A stretch of 56,963 bases of DNA, counting the filler, from Dugesia japonica (Eukaryota), in the NCBI GenBank assembly GCA_001938525.1. It is 5 parts of 5 records of this genome, joined end to end, with 100 filler letters (N's around TTAATTAATTAA, not from the genome) between each part and the next. Parts side by side here need not be neighbours in the genome. Positions count along the whole stretch, not along the records: positions 10,221 to 18,553 come from MQRL01581400.1; positions 18,654 to 27,801 come from MQRL01622322.1; 3 more parts are not named here. One strand, written 5' to 3'. Positions within the stretch are counted from its first letter, which is position 1. Every line of letters starts with the position of its first letter. Below the pieces are notes generated by a model, which saw only the letters and a list, made by a program, of their open reading frames with translations, did no database searches and was not told the origin of the DNA. The position numbers were made by a program, and so were the translations under genes. Below are positions 12,241-25,700 of the stretch, one piece after another.

Positions 12241-14339
12241 TAAACCAATTCAACTATTTTATATTTATTTTCTGGGTTTGACGGATAAAAATTTGGAAAT
12301 GCTTCAGAAATTCATTTNAAAAGGTTCTGATAATTCTATTGATTGATAATAATGTTCCTATCCATTTAAAACAATACTTAGTGCTTTAATTATTTCATCA
12401 AAAACCACTCTGCTTGGTTTATTTAAAATAGTTGAAACATCTTATATTCTCAATTTCCATAGATAATCAACATAAAATCTAATTTTTCCAGTTGTGTTGT
12501 AAATTTATTTATTTATTCAAATGAATTAAATACGGCTGCATTAACCCTCACCATTTCATTTTTAATTTTTTTAATTTTATTTTTAATTATTTTCTTATTT
12601 TTTTTAATAAATTAGTTTCATTTAAAATATCGTTTTTAATTTATCTTTTTCATTTATTATTTCATTTTTAGTTTTATTTGTTTCAATAGCAAATTCCTTT
12701 TTATATTTATTTATTTCAATTTTTAATATATGAATTTGATAATATATCACAAATGCTTGCATTAAAAGGTTATTCCAACCATTTTNNNNNNNNNNNNNNN
12801 NTAAAAAAATCTTCAACTTTAATTAGTGGTAATTCGTATGAATGAAAATAATAAGCGGAGCTTCCTTTGGAATAGGATTTTTTTAACGATGATAAATATA
12901 AAGCAACTCTATGACTTCCTTTTTGATTTTAATTTTGATAATTTAATATTAACTTTGAACAATGATAAAATTTTACTATTCATTAAAACATAAAAATGCG
13001 GCAATGATAAAAATAATGAAATATCATATAAATCAAAATTTGTTTTTGTATTAATTCCAAATGTTTTTAAAAAATCATATATTGAAATGTTATCCATTTA
13101 CACTAAGAGCTCTTTATAAAAAATGCCTTTATCATGGTTAAAAAATGAAGATAAAAAGGGTAGAAAACGACGAGCTCGCTTATACGAAACAAAGAAACAA
13201 AAAATAAAGAAATTTCTTAAATTAAACAATGATTTAAACCAGGAGTGAGCAATATTTTTAATCAACGGGCCTATTTAAATTTTAAAATTTTTCGGCGGGC
13301 CGCTTATAAAGTAACACATATTAATAATTTACAAAACTTTATTTATAATAAACATTAGAATAAAAAAATAACAAAACCACAATAATCCAAATTCATAATT
13401 TATATTTGGTCCAAATGAATTTAAATCAAATGGAATGGAAAATTTTCTTTGAAATTCCCTTTTTTAATTTAAATTTTTTGCTTAAATACTTGTTGAATAT
13501 TTTAAGGAAATTAATTTATTTATATTATTAAAATCATTTTCCATTTTTAATGTTTAGTTTAATTATATAATTTCTTATATTTTTCGTTTGATATAAGTTT
13601 AAATGATTGTCATTTTTTTAATACTTATAAGATTTGTTTATCTAAATTATTATGCCCAGCGTTTTTGCTGCTATAAATTTAGTTAATTCTATAAAAAGCA
13701 ATATTGGATTTGTTTTCCCCTTTATTTTAAAACCATCACACAATTTAATATCGCTATTATNATCGCTATTATCATCGCTATTATCGCTATTAAATCACAG
13801 CTCCTTTTTAAATTTTTTTTCTGAACTTACAAAAGGTTTTCAACTGGTTTTTAAATTTTCTGAAAGCTCATCCATTAGATTCACGGGTTTGTTTATATTT
13901 CTTCCGGTGTGTGGTCTTAATGGAGAATCTTCTGATGTTGTTATTGACTTTTTAGATGGTTCCGGTGTTGGGGATGGTGGCGGATTGTTTGGTGGAAAAA
14001 ATAGAAAAGTAGTTAATTTTAGTTTTGTTTTTTTATTTAGTTTTTTTTCCTTTTTTGTTTTGATTTTTTTAAAATTTCTGATATAGACGATGATAAATTT
14101 ATTTTTGGTGGAGGCAATGGAATTTTTGTTTCTCGCTGAAGCGATGGTAAATTGGTTTCTAGTAAGGACAAAAGAGCTGTTGGTGGTGAAAGATCATAAT
14201 CAGATTTTAGTTAATTTTTTTAAAAATATGATATTATATAATATATAATAATATATAACTAATTAGTAAAATCAAATTGTGTTTTATTATGTAACAATAT
14301 TTTTTTATTATCTATTTCTCCTATTTTCCCTAATGTATT

Positions 14340-15300
14340 AGTAGATAGATAGTAGCGCACATAGCCAGCACACATTCAGTACCCCACATAATTTTTCCAA
14401 TACCCGAAGACACACATTGTTGTGTATTACGTAATGTATTACATAGTGGCTATGAATGTATAGGATTTAGTCGACGAATAAATTACGTAACTTTGCTCGT
14501 ATTTTGAAAAGTTTACCAAATTATCAGGTTTTTAATGGACAAATTTGTGTGTATTACATAACTTTTGCTCAAATTTTTGAATAGTTTACCGAAATTTTTA
14601 AATTTTTGGACTATTTGATAGGGTGATTCTTCAAGAACGCTGATTATTGGATGATTTTCGGCAATAATTTCCTCGGGTTGGTATGTNTGGGAGGAATTGT
14701 TTACGGAAATTCGTGGGAAATAGACGAATTTGTTTAAATAATTCAAATAATTAAATTTTCTATCGGAATTTTGGCAAACAACCCATAATTTGAAAAATTT
14801 TTGAAAAAAAATTTTTGTCGAGATTTTTACATCAATCGATTCAGAATGACGTCGGAATCATTTCTAGCTAAAAATAATTTATTTGAAAAATATTTTGTTC
14901 TTGAATTTAATTATTAACTAGTCTTTTTGATAGAGAATTTTCCGCTGATCATGACTGACTTAGTAAAAAATCGCCAAATTCTGTTGGTTGCTAAGGAAGT
15001 TAAGGAAAACATGTGATTTTTCGATATTTTTTGAAAATATTTATTCTCTAATCGTAACGAAACAAACATTATTCAATAGAAAATGTTTCACTGATCAAGA
15101 AAATCATCACCTAAAATCGCCAAACTCAATTTTGACTGAGAAAAATTGAAAAAACATGGTCAAAAATCCCAAGGTTGCTTTAGCGACACAAATAAAAAAT
15201 TATGCTTTCTAATTTTCATCCAAATTTAATGATCTAAGTAGTATTTGATAGAGAATGTTACACTGATCAAGATTATATACGGTAAAACTGTACATTCTTT
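14340..15300 (+). mobile_element. Probable Maverick/Polinton-like terminal region (second copy)
   Basis: Starts AGTAGATAGATAGTAGCGCACA, identical over 14 nt to the revcomp end at 1871; contains three GATAGAGAAT...CTGATCA repeats. Confidence 0.45.
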
Positions 15301-18300
15301 AATTACTTTTGACACAATTTCTCTCAAATTTTCCATCTATTCATTTTTCAAATAATTTATGACTTTTTTCGTGCCTGCGTGCACCAATAAATTATGCACT
15401 TCTTTTACAAATTACATTTTATTTTCTGGCAAGATCCATATTTTGCCGTTTTTTGTTTTTATTATATCTCCTATTAATCGAAACGTTTTGCATGTTCCAT
15501 TTTTTATATCATTCTTTATCTGTTCAATTTCTTCTATCTTGTTTTGCCATTTATATGTATCTGAACCTGATATACCATTAATTGTTCTTGTTTTTATTTT
15601 TTCTTCGTTTAGATTCTCATGATCTGTTAAGGATTGTACACACTTACTATAATTCATTCTCGACAGCATATCTGCATTTGTATGTTTTGCACCTTGTTTA
15701 AATTCCAATACCATATCTAGATTACTAAGAAAATTCACTCAAGTCTGAAATTGCGGAGTAATTGGCTTGTTTGTCTTTTTCATAAATGTTATCGCCTTGT
15801 GATCTGTTCTCACCAAAAATCCTTTTTTATACAAATAATGTTTAAATTGGTTACAAAAATAGTAAATAGCCAATAATTCTTTCCTTGTTATACAATATCC
15901 TCTTTCAACAACATTGTATGTAATCCATATGCAATGACTTGTTCTACACCTCTTTCATCTATTTGCGATAAAACTGCTCCGATGGCATCAAAACTCACGT
16001 CTGTATCTAGTACAAACATCTTTAAGATATCTGGAAAACTCAATATCGGTGCTTTTCTTTATGTCTCTTTCAGTTCATTGAAAGCTTTATCACAATTTTC
16101 AGACCACACCAGTTTTGTATTATTACTTCCACATAGCTCTTCCAAGCTTCTAGCTTTCTTTGAGTAATTTTTAATAAACCGTCTAAAGTAATTGCATATT
16201 CACAAAAGGCTCCTCAAGTTCTACACACATTTAGGTCTTCCGAATTTTTTTTATCGCTTCAACTTTTGTTAGATCTGTTCAAATTACATTCTTGTGTATC
16301 AATCCAGATTCTTGAATTCTTTTAAAAACTTGGTCTAAAATTCTAAAGTGCTGCTCTAAATTATCTGAAAATACCAATATATCATCCACGTATACCATTG
16401 TTTCTCTCAATCGTCCCAATACTTTTGTCATTAATTCTTGAAACGTTTCAGGTGCTGCAGCTATACCAAAAGACATTCTTGTGAAAACATACTATCCATT
16501 TTTCGCAGAAAATGCTGTTTTCTCTTGTGAATCTGTATGTATCGGAACGTGATGGTATGCATTACCCAAATCAGCAGTACTAAAATATTTTGCACCACTC
16601 AAATTGTCTAGTATTTCCTCTACATTAGGCATCGGAAACCTGTTTTTCTGTGATTGCATTCAGTTTTGTAAAATCCAGACATAATCTCACGAATTTCATT
16701 TATTTATTTCCAAACACATATTAACGGAGTGTTCCAATGCGAATTACACTTCCTAATACTGTATTGTCTAACAAATTTGTGATAGCTTCATCTATCTTAT
16801 TCTTTAAATGCATTTGTTATCTCCATGGTTTTGCATTTATTGGTTCTCCATTTGTGATTATTTGATATTCTGCCATTGTTGTTCTGCCAATATCCCAGTT
16901 GTGTGCCACGAATATTCTTTTATGAATCATTATAACTTTCTCTAAATTCTCATTTGGCTTATTAGTTAATATTTTTATTGCTCTGTTTTATCTCTTTTCA
17001 TCCATACTTTCTTCTATATTACAAAGATACATTTCATTATTCTCACATTTAATCTCTCTCAGCAGTTGGAATCCAAACTATTTCTGTAATTTGATTCTTC
17101 TTAATAGATCTTGATTTATCTGGTTCACGAAAATGAATTTAACTGTTTCGCTTTTATTTTCGAATTCCACTTCTGCCTTTATCGTACCTACGATTTCAAG
17201 TGGACTATTATTAGCACTTCTTAAATTGTCTTCACTTTTTAATATATTGACTTTTCTAAATCTTTCCAAAATTCTCAAACTCATCACATTAACGCTTGCT
17301 TCAAAGTCTAACAAGCAATCAACTTTTACGCCTTGTATTTCGACCGTTATACTTGGTCTATCTTACATCTTGTCATAACTTATCTCTTGTCGCTTTATTT
17401 TTACTATCGTCAGAATTGCACTCTCATCTTCACTATTTATATCATTGATTATCTCTGGTTGACCTCTTATCGATTCTTTCTTTACAAACTTGTAAACATT
17501 TTATTTTAAATTATTGTACTCATCTACTCGTTTATCTTCGTTTCTTTTATTTATATAAGTATTCGGTCGGAGCTTGGCCATTTGAGTATTCATCTTGATA
17601 AATATTTGATACTTCACTTCAATAGTGGACTTTGTCTTCTCTACATGTATAATCTCTTCCATTTTCCTCAATTGAATTAAGGTGACTTCCATTCCTTTTT
17701 GTGTAATTATTTTTATTGTTTGAATAATATCTTTGTTTGCCATTTCCGAATTCTTTTCTGACCTGTTTACTTTTGTTATGATAACTAAACTGTCTGTACA
17801 TATTTATGTAACAGTTCTTTGTGTTACGTCCTTTCTTGTTGCATCTTGAGAAACTAACTTTAGTACAGTCTCTTATCAAGTTTTGTTCAGATTCACAAGC
17901 ATAGCACTTTATTTTTCTTTCTTGACAATTTCTGGTTACATGACCTATTTTGTTACAGGTCCAACACTTTATTTCTCGTCTTTCGTTGTTTCTGTTCTGT
18001 CGCATTCTTACATTTTGACTCTTGTTGAAATTTGTTTGTTCTGGGTTTCGGCGAACTGCATCTCTGTATTTACGAACTACATTTATTTCTTCAGTTCTTA
18101 CTTCGTCTTTTATGTCTTCCCACTCTTTTATTGCTTTAAATATATCTTTTACCTTTTCTCTCTTTCCTGATTTGATCCTTTGTTTAATCTTTCTGTCATT
18201 GAAACTATTTATTATTAACTTCTTTGTTAAATCATCTTTGTTCTATTTATGAGCTATTAACTTCTCTACCAATCTTTCAATCTTCTTTTTATAGATATTT

Positions 18301-18553
18301 ATATGCTCTCCATTCCTTCGATAATTTAGAGCTTCCTCCATAACTTTAAGCATTGTTGATGGCCTAAATAAACCCCTTCTGAATCCTTTTTCAAATCCAA
18401 ATGCTTCGTCTTTATTTTCATAGATTTCCCGTAAATCTTTGTCTATGAAACCATTTGCAACCAAACTCCTATGTCCTTTCTTTATTACGTACAGATTATT
18501 ATTATACAGATAGAATTTTCGACCTCATCGCCCATTTTGACAATTCCAGGAAT
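15300..18553 (-). mobile_element. Ty3/Gypsy retrotransposon, decayed gag-PR-RT-RH, 3'-truncated
   Basis: PBS-like TGGGCGATGAGG (18534-18523), CWTCNKIGHVTRNC knuckle, CLLDFEAS protease remnant, SFGIAAAPETFQ and YVDD RT, TDVS and ELLAI RNase H; many stops. Confidence 0.95.
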
Positions 18554-18653
18554 NNNNNNNNNNNNNNNNNNNNNNNNNNNNNNNNNNNNNNNNNNNNTTA
18601 ATTAATTAANNNNNNNNNNNNNNNNNNNNNNNNNNNNNNNNNNNNNNNNNNNN
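18554..18653. other. Artificial contig spacer
   Basis: 44N + TTAATTAATTAA (18598-18609) + 44N. Confidence 0.97.
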
Positions 18654-20975
18654 CATTGATTGCCTTTAATCTTCAGAGTAATTAGGCTCTTGTCAATCGC
18701 ATTTCCTTTTTAATTTGTCTTCCAAATATTGGTTTAATATTACAAATGTCATTTTGTATTGACGTCTTTGTTTGCAAGTGCATATATTCAATTTTATCGG
18801 TTTCCTGGCCTTCCAGCAGTTACAAATTTCTCAGTTGTGCTTTTCATTTTCAAATTTGTGTAACACTCTTCTACCCTATGTCCATAATTTCCGCATCGTT
18901 TACACCTCACATCTTGATATAACTTTTTAATATGGCCTACCTTTCCACAATCAAGGCATTTTGTTAGTTTTTTATCTAAAGAAACTCGACTTATATGTTC
19001 TATTGGTAAACAGAAAAAAACTTTTAAAAATATCTATATATACAATAATTTTTCAAAAAATGTTTTATCAAATTTATTTAAAAGTATAATTCTAAAATTC
19101 TTTATTAAAAAAACTATAAATTTTAACAAAAATATTTGATTGTTTAAATATCTCAATTTAAATAAAAATCAANNNNNNNNNNNNNNNNNNNNNNNNNNNN
19201 NNNNNNNNNNNNNNNNNNNNNNNNNNNNNNNNNNNNNNNNNNNNNNNNNNNNNNNNNNNNNNNNNNNNNNNNNNNNNNNNNNNNNNNNNNNNNNNNNNNN
19301 NNNNNNNNNNNNNNNNNNNGCGTGTATTGTTAAACCTTTCACCAATTATGTCGAGGTGTACACCACACTTTGAGCTCCTTTCCCGAAGAAGACAGTAACA
19401 AATCTGGCAACAGTAAACTAAACCCTTGGGAAATAATATTGACTCCAATCAGATAAGGAGCGCTTGAGAGAATTGGCTTATTTACACAATAAATATTACC
19501 ACAAATTGAAAACTGGATCTTCTTTAAGAAATTGTATTTCACAACAATAATTTGCAAATTTTTATTTATAAAATTTTATTCTTTAATCAAATAACACTCT
19601 CTTTTTTTAGAGATTTATTGGTATTACACTACTCCACCACGGAATAAATCTATAAAAATTTAACTTTAACAATTTCTGAGTTCTTAAACTAAAATTGATA
19701 CAGTATTTATACTGATTTTTCAGCGATCAAATACACACAAACACATTCAGAGAAAAATATAACAATACGCGCCATCATTATTTTGGATTTTCCAAAACTC
19801 CACTGATTACTATATAAATTTAGCAACACATAAACATAAGGAAGAAATTTCATTTGGTAAATACATTTGGATTTCCAAATAATCTTTCACACACATGAAC
19901 TTTAAATTCATTTACATGTTGATTTTTATTNAAATTGAGATATTTAAACAATCAAATATTTTTGTTAAAATTTATTTTTTTTATTAATATAGAATTTTAG
20001 AATTATACTTTAAAAAAACTTAATAAAATATTTTTTGAAAAGTATTGTATATTCAGATATTTTTTTTAAAAAAAATTTCCTCTGTTTACCAACAGTTCTT
20101 TTTTATGACAAGTCCAACACTGTCACTTTTGTCTGAAAATTTGCTTTAATATGATCAATCTTATGACATAGTCAGCAGTCAAATTTTCATTTATCCTTCC
20201 TTTGATTTACATGTTTCTCACTGTATAATTGAATATATGTGATTGTTTACGAAGAGATCAATACAAACGTAGATATGATATGAGGAAGTATAAGAAAGTA
20301 ATTTCGGAAGACAGTAACATAGGTTCACTAGCGAAGGAGAGAATGGGAGCCATTTAGTATTAAATTAAGTCAAAATCATTGGGGTAAAAAATTGAGATGT
20401 ATTAAACAAGCTTTACAGGTTTCTGATAAATTTGGCTTGTAACTTTGACATAACTTTCGTATCAACTTGATCTTTGCTTATTTCTACTCAATCTACTTTG
20501 TTCAATTTCTTCCATGTTGTTTTATTGCCACATAATCATCTCGTTTTCAACGTTTTCGTTATCTGAACAATATACTAACACCATTTTGTCCTCTGTAAAA
20601 TCTTTATTTGTAAATAATCTTTTTACTAGATCTTTTACATTTTTAAAATAAACTTTAATCTCTTCATTTCAACGCCTGTAGTCAATCAAAATTTGAAAAT
20701 CTTTGATAACATCATTCTCTTTCTCAAATGCCATACTTAAACGAGCCTGAAATATTTTAACTTATTCGAACGTCTTTACGTATTCTTCCAACAAATCGTC
20801 ATCTTAAAAATAAGAGACTAATCGTTGCTGTTGTTTTATCTGAAAAATGTTTTTATCATCAAAATATAACTTACAACGCTTTATGAATGTTACAATAACA
20901 ATATCATGTCCTCCACAGAACACATTTGATAATAAACTATATGTAATTTAATCGGTATTTACCGCTACCACATTT
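18654..20975 (-). mobile_element. Ty3/Gypsy gag fragment interrupted by a TIR element
   Basis: PBS-like TGGTAGCGG at ~20970; knuckles CWTCHKKEH, CLDCGKVGH and CKRCGNYGH....C; gag resembles the element at 44434. Confidence 0.85.
19001..20094. mobile_element. Non-autonomous Ginger-like DNA transposon (long TIRs, 4-bp TSD)
   Basis: TIRs of at least 170 bp (19001-19172 vs 19919-20094), termini T(A)TTGGTAAACAG / CTGTTTACCAACA, GTTC TSD at 18997-19000 and 20095-20098. Superfamily inferred from the TGT..ACA ends and 4-bp TSD. Confidence 0.75.
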
Positions 20976-21859
20976 TCTAAAGATAATTTATTTTCCAAAT
21001 GACAACAATTAATTTTACATATATTTGTATTTTATATTTAAACCATAACTATATATTATAAAATATTCTAAAATAGAAACAAAAAATGAATTGAATAAAT
21101 GTTATTTAATTTTTATTTGTTGAATTTTTTTAATAATTATTTATTTCCTTATACCATAGAAAACCATAGAAAAAAATAGAAAATCATTAAAACTTAGATA
21201 ATTTATCTAGTACCCCTTTACCATCATTAAAACTATATAAAAATCTTAATATTCTTATAAAATTATTTTAATAACTGTATAATACACTTGTTGGGATTCT
21301 AAGCTTTTGGTGTTCAATTTAATTCTTCTTTTCCATTAAATAAAACCATCGCTGTTTGTGATATAAGTCTAAGGGGTAACATAGAATATGTAAGTATTTG
21401 TGAAGCTTCTGTGCCATACCCTTTTTTCTCTGGTTTAGTTATATTGCATTTTACTCTCGGTCGATGTTTTTGGACAACACTCACTGTTAGTTGGGTTTTG
21501 AAAACTCATCGAATCATTAACATCAGAATTCAAATTCATAACAAAGATTTATAATTATAAAAAACNATAATATCATTAATTGTTTAAACAAACAAATTTA
21601 AAAATTCATATTCGAAAACGGAAAATATCAAATATTTAATTTTTTTTTTTATTATATTTAAATTATATTTGATTTTAAAGAAATATATTAAATAAACATC
21701 TTTTATTCATTTTATTTTATATTTTAAAAAATTCTTAAATATTAGTAATTTAAATTATAGTTTATTTTCTTGATACAATTTTAAATATACTTTTGATTTT
21801 ACTAAATTCTGTTTTCAAAGATAAAAACTTTTAAATCTGTTCTTTTAAAAAACTATCTT

Positions 21860-23300
21860 ATATTTCACATTTTTAAGAATTTTTTTGATCTTCTCTAAGT
21901 TTCTTTCGAGAATTTTCCGTTTGTATCTTCAAGGATGTAACGTCTGTAATGAATCTTTCTCTTAATCTTGTCTTTTGGTTAATATTTCTTCCTCGTGTTC
22001 TTTGTGCACTCTTTGAGTATTGGTTTCATACCATTTTCCTCTGCTCATTCCCTTCCCAAATACGATTTCAACAGGGCTTTTTTCGATAGTTTTCTGTTTT
22101 GTAGAATTTAAAGTAAATTCTATCTCAGACAATACTTCCAACCAATCTGAAGTTTTCCTTTCTTTAAGCTTTGCAATAATCATATCCCCCAGAGTTCTAA
22201 ACTGCCTCTCGATTTGCCCATTTGTGTTATGATGATATTGACTCGAAAACCTGATGGTAATGCCATGTTTAACAGCAAAATCTTTCATTAATTTTGACTC
22301 AAATGCTTTTCCACAATCAACTCAAATTTCTCTCGGACACCCGACCTTTAATATCCACTTCTCTAATATTAATTTCCGTATGGTATCTTCATATTGTCTT
22401 GTCATTCCTATCAAGGCTATATACTTACTACATTGGTCTATTATACGGAGAACATAATTTTTCTGACCTCTCGTCTCCGGCAGTGGTCCACACACATCTA
22501 TAAATAACATTTCAAAGATTTCGGCTAGCTGCGCCTTTTATGTTTCTTCCTTTGTTTTTGTTGTCAACACTTAGCTTTCTGTTTTCCTTGTTTTTAATTT
22601 TCCATTTTTGGGATCTTCGTGTGACCTTAGACATTGTGCACATATACCGCATTCATTCCTTGTCAAAATATTCGCATTTGTATGAAGCTATCCTTTTCTA
22701 TATTCCAATTTTATATCTAAACTGCTCAAATAATTAATCCAGGTTTGGAACTGTGATGTAATCGGCTTCTTGGTATTTAGCATAAAAGTGATGGCTTTAT
22801 TGTCTGTTCTGAGAATAAATCTTTTCCCATATAAGTATTCTTGGAAATGAATACAAAAGTAGTAAATTGCGAGCAATTCTTTTCGTGTAGTACAATATTC
22901 TTTCTCATGACTCGTCATTGCGTGTGACCCATATGCAACTACTCTTTCTTGCCCATTGTTGTCTTTTTGAGATAGTACTGACCCAATCGTATCGAAACTT
23001 GCATCCATGTCCAATATAAATCCTCTATTTATATCTGGAAAAGATAATATTGTAGACATCATTAGTGCTTCTTTCATTCCATTAAAAACTTCTTCTAATT
23101 TATTCGCCCATTCAATTTTCTTGTTACTTGGCCCACTACACGGCTGTTCCAGTAATCTAGCTTTCTTTGAATAATGTTTTATAAACTTCCGATAGTAATT
23201 GCAAATTCCCAAAAAGCTTCTCATTTTCTTAACGCATTTTCGTTTACCGAAGTTCTTAATTGCTTCTATTTTAGTTGAATCTGTTTTATTTTAATCTGTT
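21860..23300 (-). mobile_element. Ty3/Gypsy RT-thumb/RNase H/integrase fragment
   Basis: MRSFLGICNYYRKFI, LDMDASFD, ELLAI, RTDNKA, FIDVCGPLP and YHHNTNGQIER motifs. Confidence 0.95.
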
Positions 23301-25579
23301 GTTATGGGGCGCCTATAGGGTTTAACAGGGTTGTATTGGGTTTTATATAGTTTTATTGATGTTTTATAGAATTTAATAAGGTTACAATACTACTTTAAGG
23401 TTATTTATACGATTTTATAGTGTATCATATGGTTTCTGCGTGGTGTTTATATAGTTTTATAGGGTATTACAGCGCTTAATTGGGGTTTTATAGAGTTTCT
23501 ATTGTATTTGCAATCGATTAACCTAAACAAATGTGTTAAGCTTAACACGTATTAAACCCTATACATACAGAAATTAAATACATACACACAAGAAACCAAT
23601 ACACACATAATAAAAGCCTCACACTTAATAAAACTTCATACAATCAAACGCAATACTTTCAATTTATTTAATAATTTCATGATACAAGACCATTAAACTT
23701 GTAAGGTTCAACTTCAATAAAATGCGAAAAATTAATTTTCAACTGTTTATTCATCAAACTTTTCGAAAAATTTCTTTTTCTTCTTATAAAAACTCTTGAA
23801 ACATTAATGATCCCAGAAATTAAATTTCAAAATTTCAAAAATTTAATCTAATTATACTTTAAAATCAGCCAAACCAAATTATTAATATTTAAACAATCTA
23901 ATTTTCTAAATTATTATAATTTGAATCTTAAATAAATTTTTAAATAAATCATTAAAAACAATGGCCTTTAAAAAATTAAAAAATATTCCTAAATACAAAT
24001 TTCCACAAAATCCATTACCTCCAATACTCTCATTATTACATATATCAAGAAAATCTAATAAAGATGTAACAAAAAAAAGGCAATTCAAGACAAATGTGTG
24101 TAAAACAAAGACAATGCGACATGAATGCAAGTAAACAAAAGTTTTATATGGTTTCTATACAGTCTTACAGGATTTTATAGGATTTTATAAAGTTTTTATA
24201 GAGTTTGTTTTACAGTATCTTTATGCTTTTAAAAGTTTTTTAGAGTATTATTAAATTGTGTGTTGTTAAAGAATTTAATGGAATATCTATGAAGGTTTTA
24301 TAAAGTTTTTATACGGTCTAATTGTGTTTCTCTAATTTTTATAGGGTACCTATAACGTTTATGTGGTCTTAGATGTCTATGAAACTTTACAAAACAATTA
24401 CGTAAAAGTCTATAAAATATTTTAAAACTGCAAAAAAGTCAAAAATTGTTTTTAATAACTTTAATAGATGTCTATATAATTTTTGAAAAGTTGCGTAGAT
24501 ATCGGTAAAATGTTTCATAAATTTACTAGATATAAATAACAGTTTCATAGAGTCTCATACAGTTCATTCCTTAAACCAGATACATTCAATAAACCAATAC
24601 ACTCATTAAACCTTATATATTCATTACAATGAATACAGATAAGAACCTAATACTTTCAATACACTCATTGGTAAAAATTGAGCAATGATGCTCAAGTCTG
24701 TCCAAGGACATTAGAACTTTACTCATATTCGGATAACTTATTTGATTCATCAAAAAATACAACGATGTCAATGTAAATTACATATAAGTCACAAAAAATA
24801 ACTTTAAAGTTCTTCAAGGTTTTCAGATTCCCACGTAACACATAGGGAAAATAATTCAAAAATTACTTAGAAGTCCCAAAAATTACATATAGATCAATAC
24901 AAATTACATAGAAGTCAATACAAAACACACAAAAGACATTCAAAATTTCTTTCTGATGTTGTTTAATTATTTCAATTTCTATACATGTGCATCACAAATG
25001 TAAAATAAATGTCGCATGTAAAATATTTTCATAAAATTTTTAAAATAAATTTTATTTATTTTCAACTTATAAGGTAATTTATTCACATTTTTATCTAAGT
25101 TTAGAATTTATATGCCGAATATCACTCTCTTTATTCGTCAACTTGATTTAAAAACATGTTAGAGATATCCGCCATTACATTGCAATTACAATGATATTAA
25201 GTTTGATACAGTTTGAATAAAAAATTATTCGAAAAATCTATTTTTATCAGCTTTTTTAAAAGTTCTTTGTTTTTTGTTTAATGATTCTCTCGTAAAGAAT
25301 GCATTTAATGGTATCCATCATTTAGACAAATTATATGTAGTTTTTAATTTTCTATTCAATGATATCACATTTAAATTGAAATGTTAAAAAATGGAGGCTC
25401 GACAAGGTTTTCAAACCTTAAAATTTTAAATCTACAATAATTCGTTGCAAATACTTGGATTAAAATTTTGATTTGATAGAAATGTTTCTCAACCTTTTAC
25501 AGGTCCAACGATAATAAAGTTGTTTCGAGAACTATAACCATACCTTATTAAATACAAATTTAAAATTGATATATTTCAG

Positions 25580-25700
25580 GTGGTTCACTGCGATCATTTA
25601 GATCCACTATGGATTGATAAGTCGTCCACTGCATTTTTAGCCATAAGTACTTTTGGCAATGTATAGACGGTTTTTAATTCTCTTCCCAATGATGGTAGTT
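25580..25700 (+). pseudogene. Possible Mutator-like transposase fragment
   Basis: After a TTTCAG acceptor: VVHCDHLDPLWIDKSSTAFLAI..., reminiscent of the C.H..L...W....S.A...L segment of MULE-type transposases. Short and weak. Confidence 0.2.

Noticed and set aside
20222-20417. Possible solo LTR inside the gag fragment
   Set aside because: Strand skew differs from the flanks, but no matching TSD was found for any TG..CA pair.
23305-24560. TTTTATAG-rich degenerate repeats as a defined element
   Set aside because: Low-complexity; no termini, TSD or coding motif could be fixed.
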